From Macrostomum lignano (Eukaryota): 64,000 nucleotides of DNA. The DNA is taken from contig NIVC01001181.1 in the NCBI GenBank assembly GCA_002269645.1, positions 62,001 through 126,000 on the forward strand, written 5' to 3'. Within the stretch, counting starts at the first letter, position 1; each line of letters opens with the position of its first letter. Made by a program: the position numbers and the translations under genes. Shown in pieces: positions 37,166 to 51,300 of this stretch. The notes under the pieces are model-generated. The model was given only the letters and a program-made list of their open reading frames with translations. It searched no databases and was not told the DNA's origin.

Positions 37166-38167
37166 CAATTCGTTAGTCAGTTAAGTAAAATATTTAACCT
37201 GAACTAGCTTTCGAAACCGGAATTTCGCGTTCCGTATTTCCGTGTCCCATTTATATATGAATATTTATTCAGTTCACTTGGCAGTGCAGAAAAAGTGGTT
37301 CTGAGGTTCAGCTGCTACCAAGCAACCCGAACGGACATGGGCCATTCTTGAACGAGTGCGATTGCACTCTGAAGTAAACTGTATGCAGAAGTTCCTCTTC
37401 AGCTTCGGCCTACAATTGAGTTAGGGTCATCCCCAATTCCCAAAATCTATTAGGGATTCAAGTTTGACTAGTCTATAAATCCTTTTAACCCGAAAAACTT
37501 CTCCCTTCCCCCAGTCTTTCCCCTCTCTGTCGGAATCCACTTTCTTCTTTCGGTATTAAATCTGGGGATAAGGGGATTCAGTTAGAGATTTGTTTATACG
37601 AAACCGAAGCCTGACATATCTTCGGTTTATGTATGCCAAAGCCCGAATAGTCCGCCTCCATTCCCAGCCACTCCCATTTCTGGATCGGAACCGGTGTGTT
37701 TTGTTTGACACGGTGGATCCCAGCATCAGCAGCAGATTGTTGAGCAAACAAACCTCTTTTATTTTTTGTCTCTCTCGGGTCGCTCGCTTGCTTGATTTCG
37801 AATTAAGAGAAATTTCAGCCAAGATTTTGTCATATCTATCTGTCAGGGCAATTTCTGTATGCCTCTGGCGCGACTCTGCCTGTATGGGGAAAGGATTAAG
37901 GATTACTGAAGCCTACTATAACTGTGGGAGGGGCACCAGAGCCAGAGGGGTGTGAGAGGTACCGGAGCTGTGCAAGGGGCAGGGGTACCAGTGGGGGTGA
38001 GAGGTAGTTATTAAAATTCAAAAGGGCTACTATTAGCAAAAGTGGACTAGCAATTGTATATAAAACAATTTTTCCTTGAAAGGAATGCAGAAAATACTAC
38101 TTAAAGCAGTATAATCAGTCTGATTGATTTCCTACTGATTTCTTAGAAAATACCTATTCTGGCATAA

Positions 38168-38430
38168 GGGGTTGTAACCTAGTAAATAGAGCGTCGGACT
38201 CACGACTCGGACTCACGACAGCCGAGTCGACTCACGACTCGGCTTCAGTTCAACCGGCTGTAAAATGGGTGCCAGGATTAGCTGGGGTAATTGAGGCTGA
38301 GTGTGGCGACCCCCCAGTCCTTGGACTGAACAGCCGTACGCAGCCTTCAGATGTGCCGCGCAATAGCTGCGGCTGAGCTGTCGGTTGCACATCTGGCCAA
38401 TGGGGCAGGTATAATCAATTATTATTATTA
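38168..38430 (+). mobile_element. tRNA-derived SINE-like element (degenerate)
   Basis: tRNA-like 5' start (GTAACCTAGTAAATAGAGCGTCGGACTCACGA), central TTCAACCGGCTGTAAAATGGGTGCC resembling conserved invertebrate SINE core domains (from memory), 3' (ATT)4 tail at 38418-38429. No B box found. Confidence 0.5.
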
Positions 38431-39069
38431 ACATAAAACAGATTGTTATGTTCCTTATATCCTACTAGCACCGGCATGTAAGTAATCAAAAAAGAACCAA
38501 CAGTCGAAATTTGTGTAGCTCCTACAAATTTGTTATTACTGCGTGTGCTATTAGGGGTGGGGAGGCGGCAATTTTTTAAAGCTGAAATTAGCAATCCACT
38601 TGCTCAGGCAATTCAGCGGCCAGCGCCTGACTTATTGCAGTATGGTCGTCTCACTGACCAGTCTACTCAAATAGGACTGTAGTCGTAAATCAAGGCGAGA
38701 TCCTAGCCTATTACACGTGTAGCCAGCCTGATTCCGAAACTATTTCTATGTGCTGTTGCTGCACAGTGCACTCATACTCGCATGGCAACTACCAGTTTAG
38801 TGCGCATAGTTTCAGAGCTCAGTTCTCCATATTATATATTAAAATCGTAAATTACTCCCATTACGCTTTCTGGTTGTGCACTATTATTTACCATATTGGG
38901 GAGTCTGTCTGGCTGTCTGACTTATTTTATCTACAGCTAAGCGCCGGCTCAGTGGTTACTATACTGCCGCTATGCAAATTAGTTGCTGTCCGTAAATCGA
39001 TGCTGACTGTATATATCATTTTTATAGTACATCAACATACAATTATTTAAGATAGATCAAATTAGAGGG

Positions 39070-39525
39070 ATGACAGGAGTGCTAACAGTGATATGACATG
39101 GGAGCTAACAGGGATATTACGGGGGAACTAGCATGGATATGAGAGGAGAGCTAACAGGGATATGACAGGGGAGCTAACAGGGACATGAGAGGAGAGCTAA
39201 CAGGGATATGACAGGGGAGCTAACAGGGATATGAGAGGAGAGCTAACAGGGATATTACAGGGGAGCTAACAGGGATATGAGAGGAGAGCTAACAGGGATA
39301 TGAGAGGAGAGCTAACAGGGATATGACGGGGGAGTTAACAGGGATATGACGGGGGAGCTAACAGGGATATGACGGGGGAGTTAACAGGGATATGACGGGG
39401 GAGCTAACAGGGATATGACAGGGGAGCTAACAGGGATATGACGAGGGAGCTAACAGGGATATGACAGGGGAGCTAACAGGGATATGACGAGGGAGCTAAC
39501 AGGGATATGACAGGGGAGCAGGGAG
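39070..39525. repeat. 23-bp minisatellite (GGGAGCTAACAGGGATATGACAG)
   Basis: About 19 units. Confidence 0.95.
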
Positions 39526-40424
39526 CTGAAATGGATTAGTATTGCAGATTCTCTACACAAAATATCCCAAATAGCAGCATTCTACTCGCATTGTAAAACT
39601 GGAGTCCAATCAATCAATCAGTGGTTCGCTATCATATATATCTGAACTGAATATATTATACGATAATTCTGCACCCAAAATGACAGTTGAAATGTCTAAC
39701 TTGTCAGTTAGCGTCATCTCCTCTCATCTGTTATTGGTTCTCGTCTCTTCAGATATAGAGAAATTATCATTCGAAAATACCGATACATGCTTTTTTCTAC
39801 ATGCTGGGCGCCTATCTCAAATCCAACATCTGGTTTTCTTATCTTATCTGGTGACTCGCTTCTATTTAGCTCGCTCCGGCTCGCTCCTAGATATTGATAT
39901 CTCGAGTTGAGTTTGAGCTCGGTGTATTTCCGCCGTTCCAAAGCACCCCCGGACTGATGCCCCAATTGCGGGACTCCGCTAGGAGAGAGCGGTGGATAAA
40001 AGAAGAGAAAACACATGTTCTGAGCTAGTTCTTTATTTATTTATTTCATTCCTTGTTGCCAAGGCGGTTGGAAGCAAGAAGAAGAAATATTTTTGAGTTT
40101 AAACAGCTGCTCTGCGCAATTGCTAAAAAGACGAGGCCTCGATTACATCGTAGTCTGATTATTATTTTTGTAAAATTAAAGCTCATGCTATTATAATTGT
40201 TGCGCCGTTTGTGTGATAAATTTTGACTGCGTATTAATGACTCAATGCGGTGTTTCACTGCGGTTCTTTGATGTCTTCTCTCACTGCTTTTCTGCACTCC
40301 CTCGCTTCGAGTTCGAAGTCTCTACCCTCATCTCCCTTCTTCCCCTCTCCTCTCCTCTTATATCACTATCTCTTGTCTCCTATATCCCCACAACTCCTTC
40401 TTCATCTCTCCCCCTCTCTCCTGT

Positions 40425-41035
<611 letters not shown>

Positions 41036-41708
41036 ATGTCTCCCCTGTCCCTTAATCTCTTTCTAATAAAAATATCTCATCTCTTCTTTCCACCTCTCTT
41101 CTCTTGTCTCTTCTCTTTTCCCCTTATCTTCCATCTACTCTATTCTCTCTTTCTCTCTCTTTCTCTATCCTCTTCTAGCCCTTCTCTACCCTGTTTTTAC
41201 TTCGATTTCCGCAGTTTTAAGCTTCACTTCAGGGCGTAACAGCGCACAAGATGGGTCTCAGCAGCCTTGAACCCACAACTTTTTCGCTACGGCACTCATC
41301 CCCTCTCAAATGAAATAATCATTATTTAGTCTTATCCCCGCTTCGGTATGCGTTTTTTATGCGTCTACTGTACCCTCCGATTCTTCCTATCAGTTTTGTA
41401 AACGATTCCCAAACTTGTTTGTAGGTTTGAAGTGTGTCTCTCGGCCTATGCAGTGTTTTTTTCTGCAGCGTACGGCATAATTTTTATATTCCACCCGGTC
41501 TAAGCTCGCAAATCCAGCGAAACAATTGCCCGATAATCCTTGTTATCATTTGGCACTGTTTAACCGACCGTGGGGCCGCGTTTCCAGTTTATACTGTAAA
41601 CAGATGTAATCCAACACTGGATGGGACCACACACGGAACTCATGGTACAATGCTTAGCGTTGCACTTACTGCGCAACATTTCTGTGCAATATTTCTGTGC
41701 GCTTTCCT

Positions 41709-41733
41709 ATCTGTCTGTCTGTCTGTCTGTCTG

Positions 41734-41802
<69 letters not shown>

Positions 41803-41841
41803 TTCTGTCTGTCTGTCCGTGTGTCTGTCTGTCTGTCTTAG

Positions 41842-41874
<33 letters not shown>

Positions 41875-41893
41875 TAGTGTCTGTCTGTCTTAG

Positions 41894-41942
<49 letters not shown>

Positions 41943-41961
41943 TAGTGTCTGTCTGTCTTAG

Positions 41962-42030
<69 letters not shown>

Positions 42031-42062
42031 GCCTACCTACCTACCTACCCACCTACCTACCT
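41709..42062. repeat. (TCTG)n ending in (CCTA)n
   Basis: Five CTTAGTG interruptions (41837, 41873, 41889, 41941, 41957). Confidence 0.97.
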
Positions 42063-42835
42063 AGATGTAATCAGATATCTCTTCAGTTTTCAGTGACACA
42101 AGATTCAGTTTTAACAGAAGGTTTAAACCGCTGTGCATCCAACTGGCACCATGGACTGCTGAACTTAAGACGCCGCAGGCGTCACAATTACTAAAGCCAG
42201 TCAAATCGCTGCAATCAAACTATGAGATGCAGATTATGCATTGCATAAGCCAGAGTGTTTGAACTTTTCAACTCGCGCAATTGCCAAAGGCCATTGCTTG
42301 CCTTGCTTTTAAAGCGGCGCAGTCTAATAAAATCTTGACTGGCCAGTCAGGCCACAGCCGCAGCGCCCGGACAAAGACGATGGGTGCGGGCAACCGCTGG
42401 AATTAAAAATCGAAAGCGGGCATGCAAGCCGCAAGCAGAAGATAAGAAAATTTCAGGAAACAAGGGAGAGAATAAAAAGCAACAAGCCGATAAAAACTAC
42501 AGTAAACTCCGGTATTGGCAGTATTATAATATTAGCATTTTTGTGTACTGCATACCAATAGAAGGATGGTGCATTGTGTGGCCATGCATACGAAACGCAT
42601 AGTAAATGCAGACAAGTACGAACAAAAACATTGGGGAACTTTTTTGCATAAAGGGGATCTCGGAGCGAAGAAGAGAGGCTGACGGAGAGTGTATATTTTT
42701 GTTTTTTAGTTGAACACTTCAAGGTCATATCCAAATAGCAAAGTAGAATTTAGTCCGCGGACTCTATACATGTACGCTCGAAAACGTAAAGCTAACATGG
42801 ACTATAAAGCCATTGCACAAGGACATTATAGACTG

Positions 42836-43470
<635 letters not shown>

Positions 43471-44029
43471 TCCAAGTGAGAGTTCAAAAGTCCATGATCT
43501 GTGGCAGGCGTAGCAATCTGTTTAGCATTAAAAAACGGGGTTCCTCTTTTAATATCTCCCCTTGTACGAGCGTATTATCCCATCCCGCCGGGCATTGGCG
43601 CGAGCGCGGATCCTTTAGCATAGAAATTTATAGCCAGCTCTCCGGAGTTTTTGGCAATTTGGCATTTTTGGCTGGGGAGCGGTATTGGGGATTGGATAGA
43701 AGTTGGGACTGCCAGTCCCAAGTGTAAATGTTGAATCTATAACTCGAATGCTGAAATCATTCTGGGCAAAGAGATGGAAAATTCAGGCACAGATGCCAGA
43801 CAGCGGGGCTGAGGCAGCAGCTTCCAGTGTTCATGTGACTAACCAAGACGGAGAAGACTGCCGAATTTGGGACCAAGGGTTACCTTCTGTTTATCCTTAG
43901 CTATTTTGAAGTTTTCCACCCATCTGTCTTTCTGTTTTTTGCCTGAGTGGGTATCAAGCTTCTGCATAGCTGAATACATAGTAATAAAAATCATTTGACT
44001 CAAAGTAATGATTAGATATCAAGATCTGA

Positions 44030-45128
44030 GGATTCTGGGACTTAGGATCTGAAGGTTCTGGGATTTGGGATCTGAGAATTCTGGGACTTGGGATCTGAGG
44101 ATTCTGGGACTTGGGATCTGAGGATTCTGGGACTTGGGATCTGAGGATTCTGGGACTTGGGATCTGAGGATTCTGGGACTTGGGATCTGAGGATTCTGGG
44201 ACTTGGGATCTGAGGATTCTGGGACTTGGGATCTGAGGATTCTGGGACTTGGGATCTGAGGATTCTGGGACTTGGGATCTGAGGATTCTGGGACTTGGGA
44301 TCTGAGGATTCTGGGACTTGGGATCTGAGGATTCTGGGACTTGGGATCTGAGGATTCTGGGACTTGGGATCTGAGGATTCTGGGACTTGGGATCTGAGGA
44401 TTCTGGGACTTGGGATCTGAGGATTCTGGGACTTGGGATCTGAGGATTCTGGGACTTGGGATCTGAGGATTCGGAGACTTGGATTCTGAAGGTTATGGGA
44501 TTTGGGATCTGGGGATTCTGGGACTTGGGATCTGAGGATTCTGGGACTTGGGATCTGAGGATTCTAGGACTTGGGATCTGAGGATTCTGGGACTTGGGAT
44601 CTGAGGATTCTGGGACTTGGGATCTGAGAATTCTGGGACTTGGGATCTGAGGATTCTAGGACTTGGGTTCTGAGGATTCTGGGACTTGGGATCTGAGGAT
44701 TCTGGGACTTGGGATCTGAGGATTCTGGGACTTGGGATCTGAGGATTCTGGGACTTGGGATCTGAGGATTCTGGGACTTGGGATCTGAGGATTCTGGGAC
44801 TTGGGATCTGAGGATTCTGGGACTTGGGATCTGAGGATTCTGGGACTTGGGATCTGAGGATTCGGAGACTTGGATTCTGAAGGTTATGGGATTTGGGATC
44901 TGGGGATTCTGGGACTTGGGATCTGAGGATTCTGGGACTTGGGATCTGAGGATTCTGGGACTTGGGATCTGAGGATTCTGGGACTTGGGATCTGAGAATT
45001 CTGGGACTTGGGATCTGAGGATTCTGGGACTTGGGTTCTGAGGATTCTGGGACTTGGGATCTGAGGATTCTGGGACTTGGGATCTGAGGATTCTAGGACT
45101 TGGGTTCTGAGGATTCTGGGACTTGGAT
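44030..45128. repeat. 23-bp minisatellite (GGGATCTGAGGATTCTGGGACTT)
   Basis: About 47 units; variant block repeated at 44471 and 44862. Confidence 0.97.
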
Positions 45129-46176
45129 GACTCAGATGAGAATCTAAGCTTTAGGCTCTGAGCCAAAACTCGAGGCGCACTGAAAATCTACTGGAAATCG
45201 GTAGGGCAGCGCTGCTCATAAATAAATTCTCGTTTCTGTCATCTATGAATTCCGGCTTAAAGTGAATTGAGCGATTTAAATGACTCGACACAAAAAACTT
45301 ACGATAACGAGAATATGATTGTAGAAGCTTTGTTCTCATATTACCCTAAGATGGGAATAGAAATTTGGAGAGTTTAAAGCCCAAGAGAGGGAGAGAAAAG
45401 AGCATCCATCAAAAAATGAATGAATCGCGCGATACAGAGCAGATACGGAGCCATATAGTAGTCAAAGGTAAAAATTGTATGACCTGCGACCATGTGAAGG
45501 ATTGACTCCATTACTGCATGCAGGCTTGCAGCTCCTATACGATACGCAAAACAACATTCTTAATCATACCGAGGCAGGGAGGGAGGCTGCAACCAGCAGG
45601 CTTAGCTTAGCGGATGGTCAGATAGTAAAACTGTCACGGATGGGATTCATGATGGTTGATGGGGTCTGCGGCTGCGGCAGGCTAGGCTAGCTGAAGCCTC
45701 CGTGCAAGGTAGCATTCAGTGAATATAGATTTTTAAGTCAAAAAAGTATCAGTCCTAGCCAATGCTTTGATAAGCGCGTTAAATATATCAGGGCTAAATG
45801 CGATGTAAGTTTAAGTAATACAATATATATATTACATTTCTCTCTATGAAAATCCCAGATTTAAATGAAACTAATGCACCAATGCTATAATATAAAGTAG
45901 AGCAGGGGTAGGGACTCTTTTATCTCAAGGGCCAGATAGAGATTGAGAACCTAGAGTATGACTGCGGGCCGAAACAGGGGAGAGAGGAAATGGAATGGAG
46001 AAGAGATAAGAGATAGGGGGAGGAGAGGCGAGGAAAGGAAAGGAGAGCAGAGAGGAGAGGGGAGGAGAGAGGAGATTATAGAGAACAACGTTGACAAGAG
46101 ATACAAACGTTTAGCGGACCGGATTGCCGTTGTGAACTTTCTAAGGACCCGAGGACCAGATAGAAAGGCTTTGGGG

Positions 46177-47447
46177 GGCCCTAAGACCCTAAGACACTGG
46201 ACCTAAGACACTGAGACACTGGGACCCTAAGACACTGAGACACTGGGACCCTAAGACACTGGGACCCTAAGACACTGGGACCCTAAGACACTGAGACACT
46301 GGGACCCTAAGACACTGAGACACTGGGACCCTAAGACACTGAGACACTAAGACACTGAGACACTGGGACCCTAAGACACTGAGACACTGGGACCCTAAGA
46401 CACTGAGACACTGGGACCCTAAGACACTGAGACACTGGGACCTTAAGACACTGAGACACTAGGACCCTAAGACACTGAGACACTGGGACCCTAAGACACT
46501 GAGACACTGGGACCCTAAGACACTGAGACACTAAGACACTGAGACACTGGGACCCTAAGACACTGAGACACTGGGACCCTAAGACACTGAGACACTGGGA
46601 CCCTAAGACACTGAGACACTAAGACACTGAGACACTGGGACCCTAAGACACTGAGACACTGGGACCCTAAGACACTGAGACACTGGGACCCTAAGACACT
46701 GAGACACTAAGACACTGAGACACTGGGACCCTAAGACACTGAGACTCTAGGACCCTAAGACACTGAGACACTGGGACCCTAAGACACTGAGACACTAAGA
46801 CACTGAGACACTGGGACCCTAAGACACTGAGACACTGGGACCCTAAGACACTGAGACACTGGGACCTTAAGACACTGAGACACTGGGACCTTAAGACACT
46901 GAGACACTAGGACCCTAAGACACTGAGACACTGGGACCCTAAGACACTGAGACACTGGGACCTTAAGACACTGAGACACTAGGACCCTAAGACACTGAGA
47001 CACTGGGACCCTAAGACACTGAGACACTAGGACCCTAAGACACTGAGACACTGGGAGCCTAAGACACTGAGACACTAGGACCCTAAGACACTGAGACACT
47101 AGGACCCTAAGACACTGAGACACTGGGACCCTAAGAAACTGAGACACTAGGACCCTAAGACACTGAGACACTAGGACCCTAAGACACTGAGACACTGGGA
47201 CCCTAAGACACTGAGACACTAGGACCCTAAGACACTGAGACACTGGGACCCTAAGACACTGAGACACTGGGACCTTAAGACACTGAGACACTAGGACCCT
47301 AAGACACTGAGACACTGGGACCCTAAGACACTGGGACACTGGGACCTTAAGACACTGAGACACTAGGACCCTAAGACACTGAGACACTGGGAGCCTAAGA
47401 CACTGGGACCCTAAGACACTGAGACACTAACCCTAAGACCCTAAGAC
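46177..47447. repeat. 24-bp minisatellite built from 8-bp subunits (GACACTGA-GACACTGG-GACCCTAA)
   Basis: Direct reading; variable subunit order. Confidence 0.97.
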
Positions 47448-48399
47448 CCTAGACTGGTAGAAACTAAGACATCGAGACGCCGAGGCGTCAGGCCAGGACA
47501 AACCCACAGTGCTTAATAGAGAAAAAGAGACCATAGAAAAAATGAAACACTGTTTGCCAGCCAACCAAATTCGATCTCGTGGGCTATGAAGCGGCCGGGT
47601 TGGTGGACAGTGTACTGTGCAAATGTAGAGAGCGTGCCACTGCGAGTGAAGGGATAGGAAAAGCAGGGTTTTCCTTACATATGCATCTCTCCCCTCCCGT
47701 ACATCCATCCTTCCTGGATTCGCTCATATATATAGTTACCAGACACGGCCATGCATTTTGAAGCGACCTGTCTTCTGAATAAAATTATAAATGGCTAACT
47801 TCTATAGTGGTTGTTCCTATTAAAATAAACCGCGATTAAGTTGTAATTTAAAATTAAGCTCCTTAATAGTGAGGCTTAAGATAATAACAAAGGACATGCA
47901 CAATAGTACATAAATTGTTAGTCTGTTAAATTTTATTTAATTTTTTTTATTTCTGGCCTCTACTAGTCTGAAGCAAGAATCAATAGCGATTTTATCGATA
48001 TGGAAAATAGAGCATTATTAATTTTAAGTCTTCTGTCAATTATTGGATGGAGAATTTCTCAATGTGTTGATCGTAAGTAAAAATTTCTTTTCTTGGTTGA
48101 TTTTTTGCCATGGTTGAGTAGAGAACACAGTGGTACCGTAGGTACTGTAGTGTTGAAATAGTAGAATGGCAACGTGTAGTATAGTAGATTAATATTGTAA
48201 GTAATGTCGAATTTATATATCGTTTAGAGTTCGTTGAGTTAGAGTAGCTGGTTGGTAATTAGAGCGACAGAGTAGGTAAATAATAGATTAGGCAGAGTAG
48301 GTAATTAGAAGATTAGGGGGAATAGGTAATTAGTAGAGTAGACAGAGTAGGTAATTAATTAGAAGATTAGGCAGGGTATAGTAGAGTAGCTAATTGGCT

Positions 48400-51300
48400 A
48401 ATTTAGCTAATTTAGCTAGAGTATGGCAGAGTAGGTAGCTAATTGGTAGGTTAGCTAGAGTATGGCAGAGTAGGTAGCTAATTGGTAGGTTAGCTAGAGT
48501 ATGGCAGAGTAGGTAGCTAATTGGTAGGTTAGCTAGAGTATGGCAGAGTAGGTAGCTAATTGGTAGGTTAGCTAGAGTATGGCAGAGTAGGTAGCTAATT
48601 GGTAGGTTAGCTAGAGTATGGCAGAGTAGGTAGCTAATTGGTAGATTAGCTAGAGTATGGCAGAGTAGGTAGCTAATTGGTAGGTTAGCTAGAGTATGGC
48701 AGAGTAGGTAGCTAATTGGTAGATTAGCTAGAGTATGGCAGAGTAGGTAGCTAATTGGTAGGTTAGCTAGAGTATGGCAGAGTAGGTAGCTAATTGGTAG
48801 GTTAGCTAGAGTATGGCAGGGGAGGTAGCTAATTGGTAGGTTAGCTAGAGTATGGCAGAGTAGGTAGCTAATTGGTAGGTTAGCTAGAGTATGGCAGAGT
48901 AGGTAGCTAATTGGTAGGTTAGCTAGAGTATGGCAGAGTAGGTAGCTAATTGGTAGATTAGCTAGAGTATGGCAGAGTAGGTAGCTAATTGGTAGATTAG
49001 CTAGAGTATGGCAGAGTAGGTAGCTAATTGGTAGATTAGCTAGAGTATGGCAGAGTAGGTAGCTAATTGGTAGGTTAGCTAGAGTATGGCAGAGTAGGTA
49101 GCTAATTGGTAGGTTAGCTAGAGTATGGCAGAGTAGGTAGCTAATTGGTAGATTAGCTAGAGTATGGCAGAGTAGGTAGCTAATTGGTAGGTTAGCTAGA
49201 GTATGGCAGAGTAGGTAGCTAATTGGTAGGTTAGCTAGAGTATGGCAGAGTAGGTAGCTAATTGGTAGATTAGCTAGAGTATGGCAGAGTAGGTAGCTAA
49301 TTGGTAGGTTAGCTAGAGTATGGCAGAGTAGGTAGCTAATTGGTAGGTTAGCTAGAGTATGGCAGAGTAGGTAGCTAATTGGTAGATTAGCTAGAGTATG
49401 GCAGAGTAGGTAGCTAATTGGTAGATTAGCTAGAGTATGGCAGAGTAGGTAGCTAATTGGTAGGTTAGCTAGAGTATGGCAGAGTAGGTAGCTAATTGGT
49501 AGGTTAGCTAGAGTATGGCAGAGTAGGTAGCTAATTGGTAGGTTAGCTAGAGTATGGCAGAGTAGGTAGCTAATTGGTAGGTTAGCTAGAGTATGGCAGA
49601 GTAGGTAGCTAATTGGTAGATTAGCTAGAGTATGGCAGAGTAGGTAGCTAATTGGTAGGTTAGCTAGAGTATGGCAGAGTAGGTAGCTAATTGGTAGGTT
49701 AGCTAGAGTATGGCAGAGTAGGTAGCTAATTGGTAGATTAGCTAGAGTATGGCAGAGTAGGTAGCTAATTGGTAGATTAGCTAGAGTATGGCAGAGTAGG
49801 TAGCTAATTGGTAGGTTAGCTAGAGTATGGCAGAGTAGGTAGCTAATTGGTAGGTTAGCTAGAGTATGGCAGAGTAGGTAGCTAATTGGTAGATTAGCTA
49901 GAGTATGGCAGAGTAGGTAGCTAATTGGTAGATTAGCTAGAGTATGGCAGAGTAGGTAGCTAATTGGTAGGTTAGCTAGAGTATGGCAGAGTAGGTAGCT
50001 AATTGGTAGATTAGCTAGAGTATGGCAGAGTAGGTAGCTAATTGGTAGATTAGCTAGAGTATGGCAGAGTAGGTAGCTAATTGGTAGATTAGCTAGAGTA
50101 TGGCAGAGTAGGTAGCTAATTGGTAGATTAGCTAGAGTATGGCAGAGTAGGTAGCTAATTGGTAGATTAGCTAGAGTATGGCAGAGTAGGTAGCTAATTG
50201 GTAGATTAGCTAGAGTATGGCAGAGTAGGTAGCTAATTGGTAGATTAGCTAGAGTATGGCAGAGTAGGTAGCTAATTGGTAGATTAGCTAGAGTATGGCA
50301 GAGTAGGTAGCTAATTGGTAGATTAGCTAGAGTATGGCAGAGTAGGTAGCTAATTGGTAGATTAGCTAGAGTATGGCAGAGTAGGTAGCTAATTGGTAGA
50401 TTAGCTAGAGTATGGCAGAGTAGGTAGCTAATTGGTAGATTAGCTAGAGTATGGCAGAGTAGGTAGCTAATTGGTAGATTAGCTAGAGTATGGCAGAGTA
50501 GGTAGCTAATTGGTAGATTAGCTAGAGTATGGCAGAGTAGGTAGCTAATTGGTAGATTAGCTAGAGTATGGCAGAGTAGGTAGCTAATTGGTAGATTAGC
50601 TAGAGTATGGCAGAGTAGGTAGCTAATTGGTAGATTAGCTAGAGTATGGCAGAGTAGGTAGCTAATTGGTAGGTTAGCTAGAGTATGGCAGAGTAGGTAG
50701 CTAATTGGTAGGTTAGCTAGAGTATGGCAGAGTAGGTAGCTAATTGGTAGGTTAGCTAGAGTATGGCAGAGTAGGTAGCTAATTGGTAGGTTAGCTAGAG
50801 TATGGCAGAGTAGGTAGCTAATTGGTAGGTTAGCTAGAGTATGGCAGAGTAGGTAGCTAATTGGTAGGTTAGCTAGAGTATGGCAGAGTAGGTAGCTAAT
50901 TGGTAGGTTAGCTAGAGTATGGCAGAGTAGGTAGCTAATTGGTAGGTTAGATAGAGTATGGCAGAGTAGGTAGCTAATTGGTAGGTTAGCTAGAGTATGG
51001 CAGAGTAGGTAGCTAATTGGTAGGTTAGCTAGAGTATGGCAGAGTAGGTAGCTAATTGGTAGGTTAGATAGAGTATGGCAGAGTAGGTAGCTAATTGGTA
51101 GGTTAGCTAGAGTATGGCAGAGTAGGTAGCTAATTGGTAGGTTAGCTAGAGTATGGCAGAGTAGGTAGCTAATTGGTAGGTTAGCTAGAGTATGCAGAGT
51201 AGGTAGCTAATTGGTAGGTTAGCTAGAGTATGGCAGAGTAGGTAGCTAATTGGTAGGTTAGATAGAGTATGGCAGAGTAGGTAGCTAATTGGTAGGTTAG

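Noticed and set aside
37598-37630. AAACCGAAG/CTTCGGTTT hairpin (and AACGAAAT/ATTTCGTT at about 24020) as Helitron ends or ribozyme
   Set aside because: Isolated stems with no nearby CTRR terminus or catalytic core motifs.
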